The translations under genes and the position numbers were made by a program. From contig CDPCPM010000022.1 in assembly GCA_976551045.1 (NCBI GenBank), forward strand, positions 496,001 to 560,000: a stretch of 64,000 nucleotides of DNA, in the 5' to 3' direction. The DNA comes from Glaucostegus cemiculus. Its lineage: Eukaryota. Shown here in pieces: positions 50,411-61,890 of this stretch (position 1 is the first letter of the stretch; every line of letters begins with the position of its first letter). The notes under the pieces are model-generated. The model searched no databases and was not told where the DNA came from. It saw only the letters and a program-made list of their open reading frames with translations.

Positions 50411-51029
50411 TTACTAAGAGAGAAAAAGCAGACAAAAGAAAAGTTAGAATTTACTGAATTTATACTTTAAAATGTCAAAATATGTTTATTTCCAACAACA
50501 ATTCATTACATGAAGGAATGAGACTCCACAGGTTAAATTGATAAATTTCTGTGCCAGTGAGATTCATTGACAATAAACAATTTGTAGACTGTTTAAAGAC
50601 TTGTTCCATGAATTTACCAGACTAAGTTGTGAGTTTATTGAGCAATTGATGTGTAAATTTAGTATGTTCTTATAAGTAACTGGAAAGCTAACTGTAGAGT
50701 AGTTGTCTGACAACTTGTGTCAGTTCATGATCTTGACTGGTATCATAACACCTGCTAGTAAAGGGCATCTTCAGTTGATCAATGCATTAGACTTTAATCA
50801 GCTTTTACCCACTTTTCACCATAGATGAAGCATAATTGCACAGTACAACCACACTAATTATCATAGTGATAAAGAGATGCACAATTCTTAAGGGACAACT
50901 GCTTTTAATTTAAATATAGAAATTTAATGAGATTCTACTAAATTCAATGGCATTACCATCACCATCTGTTACATCTACATTAGTAGATGATTTGAGTAAA
51001 GATAAGGGAAAAAACATTAGAATATATCC

Positions 51030-51360
51030 AAAAGCAAAAGACTGCAGATGCTGGAAATCTAAAATAAAGCAAAATATTCTGGAAATACTTAGCAGGTCAG
51101 GTAGCATCTGTGAAGAGAGAAATGGAATTAACATTTCAAGTTGGTGACCATTAATTAGAATTTGAGAAAAAACATCAGAGATATAACAAGTCTTAAATTG
51201 CAGGGAAATGGGGAAGGGAGAGAGAACAATAGAGACAATCCACCGGAGATTGGAGACAGGAGAGATTGAATGACTGAAGAGGTGGTGAAGAACAAAATCT
51301 GTATATGGGGGAGGTCTCAGGAACAGTAGATGAATGAAATCTGAAGTTACCAGAAGAGGG
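51030..51360 (-). mobile_element. Penelope-like element, terminal part (left half of an interrupted copy)
   Basis: AAAAGACTGCAGATGCTGGAAATCT...CTGGAAATACTTAGCAGGTCAGGTAGCATCTG terminus plus purine-rich tract; continues at 54070. Confidence 0.65.
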
Positions 51361-51370
51361 GAAAGAATTG

Positions 51371-51626
51371 GAGTCGGGAGTTGGAGCCAAATTTGGAGCG
51401 GGAGCTTTGAAAGGAGATGAGTCTCTGTGCGTGTGCTTGTGAGTTTCACCTTGCAGAGTCGGGGGTTGGATCGAGCTTTGGAGTGGGAGCTTTGAAAGGA
51501 GATGAGTCTCTGTGCATGTGCTTGTGAGTTTCACCCTGCAGAGTCGGGGGTTGGAGCAAGATTTGGAGTGGGAGCTTTGAAAACAGGTGAGTCTCTGTGC
51601 ATGTGCTTGTGAGTTTCACCTTGCAA
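51371..51626 (+). repeat. Tandem array, 3 x 85-bp units
   Basis: Units start GAGTCGGG at 51371, 51456 and 51541; shared core GGAGCTTTGAAA..AG.TGAGTCTCTGTGC.TGTGCTTGTGAGTTTCACC.TGCA. Confidence 0.95.
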
Positions 51627-54057
51627 GAGTCTAAAAGAGACACATTTCCAAATTGTTACTAGTTGATTGGCTAATTAAGAACAGTGAATAAAAGGAAGGT
51701 AGGTATAAGCAGAGCGGCCACTTTGGGAGCAGGCATTGTTGGAGTTGACCAGTGTTAAGTGGAGCACTTGAGGCTTTGACTCAAGAGGCTTTGGTGAGAG
51801 GAGGCGGAGGCTAAGGTAAGTCTCTTGTGAGTTTCCTTCTGTCTTTCCTTCTCTGACTCTTCCTTTAGTGCCAGGGTAGAGTAGTGAGAATGGCTCCAGG
51901 GTCAGTGGGGTGTTCATCTTGTGAGATGTGGGAGTTCTGGGAGCCCTCCAATCTTCCTAGTAGCTACATCTGCACAAGACCGTGTAGGGGAACTGACGCT
52001 GCAGCTGGATGAACTTCGGCTCCTATGGGAGAACGAGTTCATAGATAAGAGCTAAAGGGAGACAGGCACTCCTAAACTGCAGGAGGCAGGTAGCTGGTTG
52101 ACTGTCAGGAGAAGGAAGGAGAATAGGCAGGTAGTGCAGAGTAACCACATGATTGTTGCCCTGAATAACTGGCATACCGCTTTGGATTCTGTTGCGTGTG
52201 GAACAACTTACTAGGGGAAAGCCGCAGTAACCAGTTCTCTAGCACTGAGTCTGGTTGTGTGGCGCAGAACGGAAGGGGGAGAAGAGAAGAGTGGTAATGA
52301 TAGGGGATTCAATAGTAAGGGGAGCAGAAGACAGGAGATTCTGTGTACATAAAAGAGATTTGGATGGTATGTTGCCTTCTGGGTGCCTGGGCCAGGGTTG
52401 TCTCCAATCGGATCCACAGCGTTCTGAAGAGGGAGGGTGAACAGCCAGAGGTCGTGGTACATATTGGTACCAATGACAGAGGTAGGAAAAAAGATGAGGT
52501 CCCGAAGAGGGAATATAGAGAGCTCAGTAGAAAGCTGAAAAGCAGGACCTCAAGGGTAGTGATCTCTGGATTGCTGCCTGTGCCATGTGTCAGTAAGGGT
52601 AAGAATAGGCTGATTTGGCAGATGAATGTGTGGCTGAGGAGTTGGTAAGGGGGGGAATGTTTCAGATTTGTTGATTATTGGGATCTCTTCTAGGGAAGGT
52701 ATGACCTGTACAAAAGGGATGGGATACTCCTGAACTGGAGAGGGACCAATATTCTTGTGGGCAGGTTTTCTTGAGCAGTTGGGGAGGGTTTAAACTAGTT
52801 TGGAAGGGGGATGGAACCCAGAGTGATAGGTCAGATCTTGGTTCATTTAATGTACAAGTAGATGCAGAGTGTAGAAAGACTGTGAGGAAGGATAGGCAGT
52901 TGAAAGAGCAAAATTGCAGCCAGTTGGATGGGCTGAAGTGTGTCTAATGCGAGAAGTATCAGGAACAAGGCTGATGAATTTAGAGCATGGGTAAGTACAT
53001 GGAACTATGACGTTGTGGCCATTACAGAAACTTGGCTGTCACAGGGACAGGAATGGCTGCTGGATATTCCAGGATTTTGATGTTTCAAAAGGAATAGGGA
53101 TCAAGGTAAAAGAGGTGGGGGAGTGGCTTTGCTGATTAGGGACAGTATCACAGCTGTAGAAAGGGCGGATGTCCTGGAGGGATCATCTACTGAGTCAGTG
53201 TTGGTGGAAGTCAAAAACAGGAAGGGAGTGATCACTTCCTTGGGAGTATTTCACAGACACCCCAATAGCAGCAGAGACACCGAGGAGCAGATCGGGAGGC
53301 AGATTTTGGAGAGGTGCAAAAATAACAGGGTTGTTGTCATGGGTGATTTCAACTTCCCTAATATTGACTGACACCTCCTTAGTGTAAAGAGGATAGATGG
53401 GGCAGAGTTTGTTAGGTATGTCTAGGAAGGATTTCTGACACAGCATGTGGACAGGCTGACTAAAGGAGAGGCCATACTGGACCTGGTACTAGGCAATGAG
53501 CCTGATCAGGTTTCAGATGTCTTGGTGGGGAAGTATTTTGGAGACAGTGACCATAAGTCCTTGACCTTTACCATAGCCTTGGAGAAGGACAGGAACAGAT
53601 GATATGGGAAATTGGGGAGGGGGAAATTATGATGCTATTAGGCAGGAACTTGGGAGTGTAAATTGGGAACAGATGTTCTTGGGGAAGCGCACAACGGAAA
53701 TGTGGAGGTTGTTTAGGAAGTACTTGCCTGGAGTTCTGGATAGGTTTGTACCACTGAGGCAGGGTAAGGATGGTAGAGTGAAGGAACCTGGTTGACATGA
53801 GACGTCGAATATCTCATCAAGAGGAAGAAAGAAGCTTGCCTAAGATTTAGAAAGCATGGATCAGACACACTGCCAGCAGAGGTGGTGGAGGCAGATGCAT
53901 TAGGGACACTTAAGAGGCTCTTAGATAGCCACATGAATGATAGAAAAATGGAGGGCTAAATGGGAGGGAAGGGTTAGATAGTTCTCAGAGCAGGATAAAA
54001 TGTTGGCACAACATCGTGGGCTGAAGGGCCTGTACTGTGCTATAATGTTCTATGTTA
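51371..54057 (+). mobile_element. 5'-intact, internally deleted CR1 LINE: 5' UTR, ORF1 (zinc finger + SGNH esterase), ORF2 endonuclease, 3' end; RT absent
   Basis: ORF1 from ~51890 MAPGSVGCSSCEMWE; RRVVMIGDSIVRG and PEVVVHIGTND (esterase); ORF2 APE YDVVAITETWL and VVMGDFNFPNID; abrupt jump at ~53866 to the CR1 terminus (LPAEVVEA...) and TGTTCTATGTT tail; multiple stops. Confidence 0.88.
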
Positions 54058-54069
54058 TAATTTTAAAAA

Positions 54070-54260
54070 TCTAGAAATGTGAGACACAAAGGTGGAATTG
54101 GTGATTCCTTGACATTACTGAATTCACTGTTCAGTTCAGAAGATTGTAATGTGCTTATTCAGAAGATGAAGTGCTATTCCTCTAGCTTGCATTGTGCTTT
54201 GTTGGAAAAGTATACAAGGTTAAGGACAGAAAGGTGAGAGTAGGTTGAAGAATTTTAGTG
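54070..54260 (-). mobile_element. Penelope-like element, GIY-YIG C-terminus (right half of the interrupted copy)
   Basis: Minus strand ~54115-54200 reads AQCKLEE*HFIF*ISTLQSSELNSEFS, matching the Penelope endonuclease C-terminal pattern R..EE..LIF.L.TL.P.GLN. Confidence 0.65.
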
Positions 54261-54334
54261 AATTTATCAGAATGTATCTTCAAATACCAGTAAATGTGTT
54301 TGCATGTAATTTTTCAAGTAATTTTAAGATGATT

Positions 54335-55345
54335 GGGATCCATGGTGACTTTGCCATTTGGATTCAAAATTGACTTGCCCATAGGGTAGTGGTTGATGGG
54401 TCTTACTCTGATTGGAGGTCCATGACTAGTGGTATTCCACAGGGATCTGTACTGGAACTGCTGTTTGTGATATTGGGTGGATTAGTAAGTTTGCAGAAGA
54501 CACAAAGATTGGTAGCGTTGTGGATAGTGTAGATTGCCAAAGGGTACTTTGGGATATATAGCAGGTGCAGATATGGGTGAAGAAATGGCGGATGAAGTTT
54601 AATCCATGCAAGTGTGAGGTGTTGCACTTTGGGAGATGAAATGTAAATGGAGAGTACACATTTAATGGCAGGACCCTTAACAGTGTTGATGTACAGAGGG
54701 ATCTCGGGGTCCGAGTCCATAAATCCCTGAAAGTGGCCACACAAATTGGTTAAAAAAGGTGTATGGCATGTTTGTCTTTATTAGTCAAAACATTAAGATC
54801 AAGTGTTAGGAAGTTATGTTGCAGCTCTATAAAGCTCTGGTTAGGCCACATCTGGAAAATTGCATTCAATTCTGGCCACCCTAGTGCAGGAAGAATGTGG
54901 AGGCTTTGAAGTAGGTGCAGAAGAGGTTTACCAGGGTGCACGTGCTATGAGGAGAGGTTGGACAAACTAAAGTTGTTTTCTCTGGAATAGCAGAGGCTAA
55001 GGGGAGACCTCAGAAGACCTGATAGAAGTTTATAAAATTATGAGAGGCATGGATAGAGTAGGCTGATATCTTTATCCCAGGGTCAAAATGTCTAATACTA
55101 GAAGGCATGCATTTAAGATGAGAGGGGGAATGTTGGAAGGAAATGTGTGTGGCAAGTTTTTTTTTTACACAGAGAATGCTGGGTGCTTGGAAGATGTGCT
55201 GGGTGCCAGGAGGCAGATGCGATTGAGGTGTTTAAGAGGCTCTTAGATGGGCTTAAGAAAATGCAAGGAATGGAAGGATATGGATCACGTGCAGGCAGGA
55301 GGGATCAGTGTAATTAGGCATCATTAGTTAGTTAGTCTGGCACAA
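54335..55345 (+). mobile_element. 5'-truncated CR1 LINE (RT and 3' end)
   Basis: GIPQGSVL, SKFAEDTKIG, W.MKFNPCKCEVLHFG and LYKALVRPHLE motifs on the + strand with stops and frameshifts. Confidence 0.88.
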
Positions 55346-55654
55346 CTGGTGGTAGACAAAGTGTACATCAAGATGGTCTCAAGGTGATGATTCACCATAA
55401 GGCCTTAGACACCCTTAAATAATAAACTTTATCAAGTTTATTCATTTTCTTTTGCCTTCAAATCAGTCCAGACATCAGTTTAGAAGATAATTTAGGCAAA
55501 TATAGAAATTAGGAACTTGGATGGTTTTGTGAAAAAAGGATATTATTCATCTAAATTTATATATAAATCTATCCAAGGTTTACATTGAATCATGTTGGAG
55601 TTCCAATGCAGGACTCTGAAATCTCCAGTCAGCTTTTTTCTGATATTTCTTTAC

Positions 55655-55988
55655 AATATAGGATGAGGCTATTTGTCCCATTGAATCTATATTGCCTCTC
55701 AAAACAATCCTATTAATCCTTATTTCCCCGTAAATCAGTCTCTCTTACATGTCTTAACTCGCCTCAATTCTACTATCACTCACTTACACGACAGGTAAAT
55801 TACCCTCCAATTTACCCACCAATCAGCATGTTTTGTTTGTGGGAAGAAACTGGAGCACCTGGAGGAAAGCCATATGGTTACAGGGAGAATATGCAAACTG
55901 CACACAGACACCACCAGAAGTCAGGATTGAACCCCGGCTGCAGGAGCTACAAGGCAGCAGCATTGCCTGCTGCACCACTTTGCCACCT
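55655..55988 (-). mobile_element. V-SINE/HE1-like SINE, older copy
   Basis: GTGGGAAGAAACTGGAGCACCTGGAGGAAAGCCA...GGGAGAATATGCAAACT is the reverse complement of the V-domain; GGATTGAACCC is the B box; tRNA-like head at ~55988. Confidence 0.8.
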
Positions 55989-56789
55989 TCTCTGTGACAG
56001 CAACAATGGCATGTCTTCTACCTTTGATCTTTCCATGGCATATAGGATAGCTAATCATCTTTTCCCTCTCCACTAAATGTTCCCCATGCCTCACGTCTGG
56101 CAGACCACCTGTATCTGGATTCATAGTTATACAGCATGGAAACAAGCCCTTGTACTATCACTTATGATGTATAATGAATAGACCTTGATGAAAATACAAT
56201 GTTGCTAGATTTCACAATTCCACAACCACATTTAGTCAAACTTTTTTCAATTCTTGGTCAAATGGAATTTGTTTCATTAAATTTCCACCAACAAGTCCAT
56301 CTTTTTTATTCTCCCTCTAATCCATCTAGTTGCTCCCCCCAGTTGTGCACTATCTGGTTCAGGCTTCATGTTTGACCTATAGTGGCACATGAAACCCCAC
56401 TGTCTTTCCTGTTACTAAGATCGCATGCTTTCATTGTTTATCACATTCCACCCACTGACTATCTTCAGTGCTACCAAAACATGGCACCATTACCTAATGT
56501 CTTGAAATTATTAAGAACCCCTTTTTGCTAATTTTCTGCATTTTTTTCCTGCACTTTTCCCCCAACAACTTCCAAATTGCCTTGGATAGTTTGTCTCATT
56601 AAATTGTCTTTTGTCTGTATTTTTATCAGAATTAGTTTCCAGTGGTTCCAAATTGTTTACAAATTTCATGGTGCCTTTGCTCCACTCTAGCCCTGACACC
56701 TACAGAGCTCCTGCTAATTCCTCTGATCCTGGCCTCTGGATAAATCCTATCTCTGCACAAGCTAAGTCTGCATGGTGATGAGAGTGACA

Positions 56790-58335
56790 TATTGACGTGG
56801 ATAGGGGACTGGCTAACTAGCAGAGAGCAGACTGATTGAGTGGATTATTTTCACCTTGGTAATCTGTAACCAGTTGGTGGAGGAGGAACAAGGATCAGTG
56901 CTGGGCTCAACATTATTGGTATTGATTTATTGGTATTGGTTTACTATTGTCACTTGTACCAAGGTACAGTGAAAAGCTTGTCTTACAAACTGATCGTACA
57001 GGTCAATTCATTACACAGTACAGTTACATAGTTAGTACAAAGTGCATTGATGTAGTACAGTAAAAACAGTAACAGTACAGAATAAAGCATCACAGCTACA
57101 GAGAAAATGCAGTGCGATAAGGTGCAAGGTCACAACAAGGTAGATTGTGAGGTCATAGTCCATCTCATTGTATAAGGGAACCGTTCAATAGTCTTATCAC
57201 AGTGGGGTAGAAGCTGTTCTTAAGTCTGGTGGTACGTGCCCTCAGGCATCTGTATTTTCTACCCGATGGAAGAGGAGAGAAGAGAGAATGTCCTGGGTGG
57301 GTAGGGTCTTTGATTATGCTGGCTGCTTCACCAAGATAATGAGAGGTAAAGACAGAGTCCAAGGAGGGGAGGCTGGTGTCCGTGATGCGCTGGGCTGTGT
57401 CCACAACTGGACATGGATGAAGGGACCAAGTGTACTGTAGTCAGATTTGCTAATAATACAAAGATAGGTGGGTTAGCATGTTGTGAAGAGGACACAAAGG
57501 TATAGATAAAAGAGATATAGATAGGTTAAGTGTGTGGGCAAGAGTTGGAAGTATTGTGTAGAGAAAATGTGACGTTTGGAAGGAAGAATGAAAAAAACAA
57601 ATTACAATTTAAATGAAGTGAACTACAACAAATTATGGTACAATGGGATCTGTGGGTTTTTAGTACACAAACCACAAAAATGTTACCATGCAGGTACAGC
57701 AAGTAATTAGATGGGTTTATGAAATGTTGCTTATTATTGCAAATTGTATGGAATATAAAATAGGAAGGCTTTAATAAAACTTTACAGGGCACTGATGACA
57801 CTTTCCCTGAAGTACTGTGTACAATTTGGCTTCCGTGTATAAGAAAGGATATACTTGCACTGGAGGCAGTGCAGAGCTGGTTGACTATGTGAATGCATGG
57901 GATTAAGGAGTGGCACATAAAGAGAAGATGAGTAGCTTGGGCCTTTGCTCATTGGAGTTTTCAAGAATGAAAGGTAATCTTATTGAAAGATATAAGATTC
58001 TCAAGGATATTGAAAGGTAGAGGCTGAGAAGAAACCTTTTGAGAAAGTTTCAGAATAGGGGGGTCACCCAGTTAAGATGGAAGAATTTCTTCGCTCAGGA
58101 TAGTGAATTCTCTTTGGAATTCTGTACCTCAGAGAGTTGTGGAAGCAGAGTCATTGAATACCCTCATGTTTGAAACTGACAGGTATTTAACTACAAGGGA
58201 GTCAAGAGGTATGGGAAAAGAGCAGGAAAATGGTTCTGAGGTTAGGTTTAGATTAGAATAGACATAATCTTATTGAATTGTGAAGCAGGTTTGAAGAACC
58301 AATTGTCTTACATCTGCTCCTTTTTCTTGTGTTCT
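56790..58335 (+). mobile_element. Old CR1 LINE RT/3' fragment interrupted by a Rex1-type insertion
   Basis: QGSVLG before 56910 resumes after 57407 as DMDEGTKCTVVRFANNTKIGG; further CR1 C-terminal motifs run to the tail at ~58330. Confidence 0.75.
56912..57407 (-). mobile_element. Rex1/Babar-type LINE 3' fragment
   Basis: ORF 57165-57404 AQRIT...LPSL...A..IIKDPTHPGHSLFSPLPSGRKYR..RARTTRLKNSFYPTVIRLLN; (CAATAC)-like tail at 56912-56940. Confidence 0.8.
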
Positions 58336-58789
58336 CATGGTAATCCTCGCTTATTTTCAGCCATCTTTTTTCCTTGCATCCCTTGAATGTCTTCCTTAAG
58401 CCTCTTTGCCTTCCTTTCTGCAATAACCTGCCCACAAATCCTGCATAAACAGTTGTGTTCTTAGGCAACTTATAAATCAGTTATTAATTGATATCTTAGA
58501 AACAGCTTGGACCATTAAACAGGGTTGCACAAGTGCAAATTGCTGTCATTGAGGACTTTGATCAAGACTCATTTATCTTAATAGCACAAAAGGGACTGAT
58601 CTTATCTGTGTTGTAAAACAGGTGGTCAGTAGAGTATTGGGGGTGGGAGCACCACATGGCCTGACTGTACGTAAAAGTGGACAGAATTATAAGGCCACCC
58701 TTTTAAAGGCACCATCCAAGGTGGTAGAGGCTGAAGTGCCAATGTAAACTGGCAGTACCTGAACCAAGGCAGTTTACAATCCAGTTTAC

Positions 58790-59215
58790 AATTTGCAGAG
58801 CACTAGAAAGGGTTCAAAGGGGACTAATGAGGATGTTATCAGATGGAGAAATTTAGTTGGCTTGTCTGAAGTTGTTTTCTTTGGGGAATAAAGGGAGCTG
58901 AGTTGAGATTCATTCATAATGCTTTTAGAGGACTAGATAGAGTGAATAGAAGAGACCTGATTTCCTCAGCAATAATGAGGAAGTATAGATTTAAGACAAT
59001 ATGTAGAAGGATTATTGAGCAGTTAAGAGGAAAAACTTTCACCCGAAAATTTGCACACACTGCTTGAAAACCTCATTGCACTTAAATGATACACGAATGA
59101 AGGTGAGACGTTCTGTACCTTAACAGGCTGGAGACAGAAGTGGAAAGTAGGAATAGTTTCAGTAGTTTTTTTGTCATGGTGTACTGAATGGTATCCTTCT
59201 GTGATAGAAAACTTT
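58790..59215 (+). mobile_element. Decayed CR1 3' fragment
   Basis: GCACTAGAAAGGGTTCAAAGG (ALERVQR) and a CR1-like 3' UTR. Confidence 0.55.
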
Positions 59216-60859
59216 AGTGATTTTATGATCTTGGGCCAATGTTGCTTCATTTTTATGGATGGCTGGAGTTAAAATTGGCCCCATAGAAGGACACACACAG
59301 AAGTCCATTCAGTCCATTGTAGCTTTAGCCAGAACACTCCAAGTTAATCCTGTTCTCTTGTATTCTGTCCATTTCTCTCTACCTTCCTTACTTCATCTGT
59401 TTATGCACTCTTCCCTTGAATTCTTAAGTAATGTGCTAATTATTATTTATGGCAAAGCACCTCATGTCTGATAAACTTTACCTTAATGTCCAATGTTACT
59501 CTTTCAGTCTTATGACCTAAGCCTAATGATTAGTGATTTGTTCCATTAACTTGGGAGTTTAGAAATAAATTACATAAGAAATGTCAGTGAACAGAAAACA
59601 CCCATTATATTTTAAATTTCCCTATTGCATATTTTCTAATAATGATTAAACATTAGGATGCTAGATATACATACAATTGTGCACAAATATTTTTATTGAA
59701 CCTGTCATATTTGTTATAGCAAGATAATTAACTATTTACTTCATAAAACTCTTAGATCCAAAAATACATATATTTTAGTTTTCATATTGAACACTAATGC
59801 AAGGAATAGGGTCACTAATGGATAAGCAAGAAGATACTGAAATGGGTGTGATATTGATTAAGTATTTAACTTGTTTTTACAGAGGAAGAAACCATAGGCA
59901 TATTGCAATAATTGTGATGGAAAAGTAGGAGATACTGGACAAACTAGCCAGACATAATACGGATAAGTCCAGATCTACTGTACCCTGAGCTAATCAAGGG
60001 GATAAAAGAAATAGCAGAAGACTTGTGAACAGAAATTTCTGTCTTCAAAAAGTGTGAAAGCATAATAGTTGGAACTATACACCAGTTAACATCATTGGTG
60101 GGAAACATATTGGCATGGATTTTACGGATTTAATGGTGAAACCTTAATTGTTCAGCATCATAAAGCTATGAAACTGACAATAACTTCAGATGTCCATACG
60201 TGCCATATTAGATACATCATTGCTGCTCGTGATACTCTGCTCATCCACACACTTCATTGACATACTGTCAAAGGTGGAATCAATTAAAAGTTATCAATTT
60301 AATGAAAGCTTCAACTATTTACAAACTATTTTAATTATGGAAACTATTGGCAACATTATGCCTCATGACTGAGTGTAATTGAGCTTTTATCTATATATGA
60401 AGCCATCAATGATTCTAAATGTTCCCTCTGGTTCTGAAAACCTATATTTGTGTAGAGTCCAATTCTGTAAGTATAATTCTTTTAAAATCACATCATTTCC
60501 AAAATAATTAAAACCTTTTTTTTATTTCATTTTTTTCAAGTTTATCCTATTTCAGCTTCTAGACCTATTTTATGTGCTAGTGGTTTTCCCACTTAGTAAT
60601 TTTTAAAATATGTCTTTTAATTACTGATTTGCTTTCATCAGTGTTACTGGAGATATTTTGTGGCAATCCTCCAACACTACCATCTGGAAAGGTGACAACC
60701 ATGCCACAGAGGTCACATTGTGATCAGCTTTTTTCAACATCAGCAGCAGGTACCACATCACTATGCCACAGGATGTGAAATCTTAGCCAATAAGATCTTT
60801 GTTAAACATAAAATCACCAAATATGTAAAGGCTGAAAATTAAGCAAAATAGTGTGCATT

Positions 60860-61890
60860 TCTCATAGAGAGTTCACAATTGTCCAACTTTGAGAGTAAAC
60901 AAGAGGAATATTTTGGATGTAGTACAAAATATGTAGTACAAGATATTTTGGATGTAGTACAAATGGATTTTCTGAAGTATTTAATAAGATAGCATTGTAA
61001 AGATCAGAATGTTTGGAGGCAGTGGACAGGTAGTAAAATCATTTGAAGTGTGTCTGCAAAACAGGAAATAGAGGCTGGTAGTTACGGGAAGTTTTCTGGA
61101 CTGGCAAGAATTAGGGATTCTTACCTACAGGAATCTCTGATGAGATCTTTGTTATTTGCCATATTCTTAAATGATGTAGATTCAGCAATTGTGTTGAAGT
61201 CTCAAAATGTGTGGAGGATACAAAATTGAAAGGTATAACTAACAATGTGGAAGGCAGCACCAATGTACAAATTGAGATAAACAGGTATGCTGAGTTGGTA
61301 GGTAATTGGCAAATAAAGTTCAATAAAATTAAATGTCAGTTGTTTTATTTTGAAGGAAGCTTTAGCAGCCCATTTATTAAGCAACTAGTGGGGAAGAGGA
61401 ACACAGAGATTTGAGAAGACAGTTACATTAAACACCAAAGCAGCAATAAAAGTTGGTAAAGTCATAAAAAATGCAAATTACCAAGGTCCATTTCTAGAGG
61501 GAAAGAATACAGAAGCTGGGAAATGAAGCTATATTTATATACAAGTTAACATTTGGGGTACTGTATACGTTTTTTGTTTGTGATACAGCAAAATATGGTT
61601 ATTAAAGGAGTGAAAAATGTGTCAAAAAATTAAGAAGATGTTACCAGAAAGGAGATGTTGTAGCAGTCAGTCAATATTAAGCAGTCTGGGGCTCTTTTAT
61701 CGAGAAAACAGAAGACTAAGAACTCATAGGAGTCTTTATGATTATGTAGGACTTTGACAAAGTAGTCATGAAGAAACTGCTTGCACTAGATAGCATATGT
61801 GTAAGAAAGCCACTGTCAGATAAAATAAAGAAGTCCAGACACATTTTCTTTATATTGAGAGTATTGAGAATATGGCATAAATTGGTGGAA
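60860..61890 (+). mobile_element. Highly decayed CR1-type RT fragment (further remnant at ~59790-60110)
   Basis: DVVQMDF.K.F.K; ORF 61211-61414 EDTKL.G.....WQIKFN.IKC. Confidence 0.6.

Noticed and set aside
51371-51626. CRISPR-like array
   Set aside because: Whole 85-bp units repeat with no unique spacers; eukaryotic TE context; no cas genes
50910-51643. Repetitive peptides KLTSTxTETHLLSKLP
   Set aside because: Antisense translation of the 85-bp tandem array and Penelope terminus
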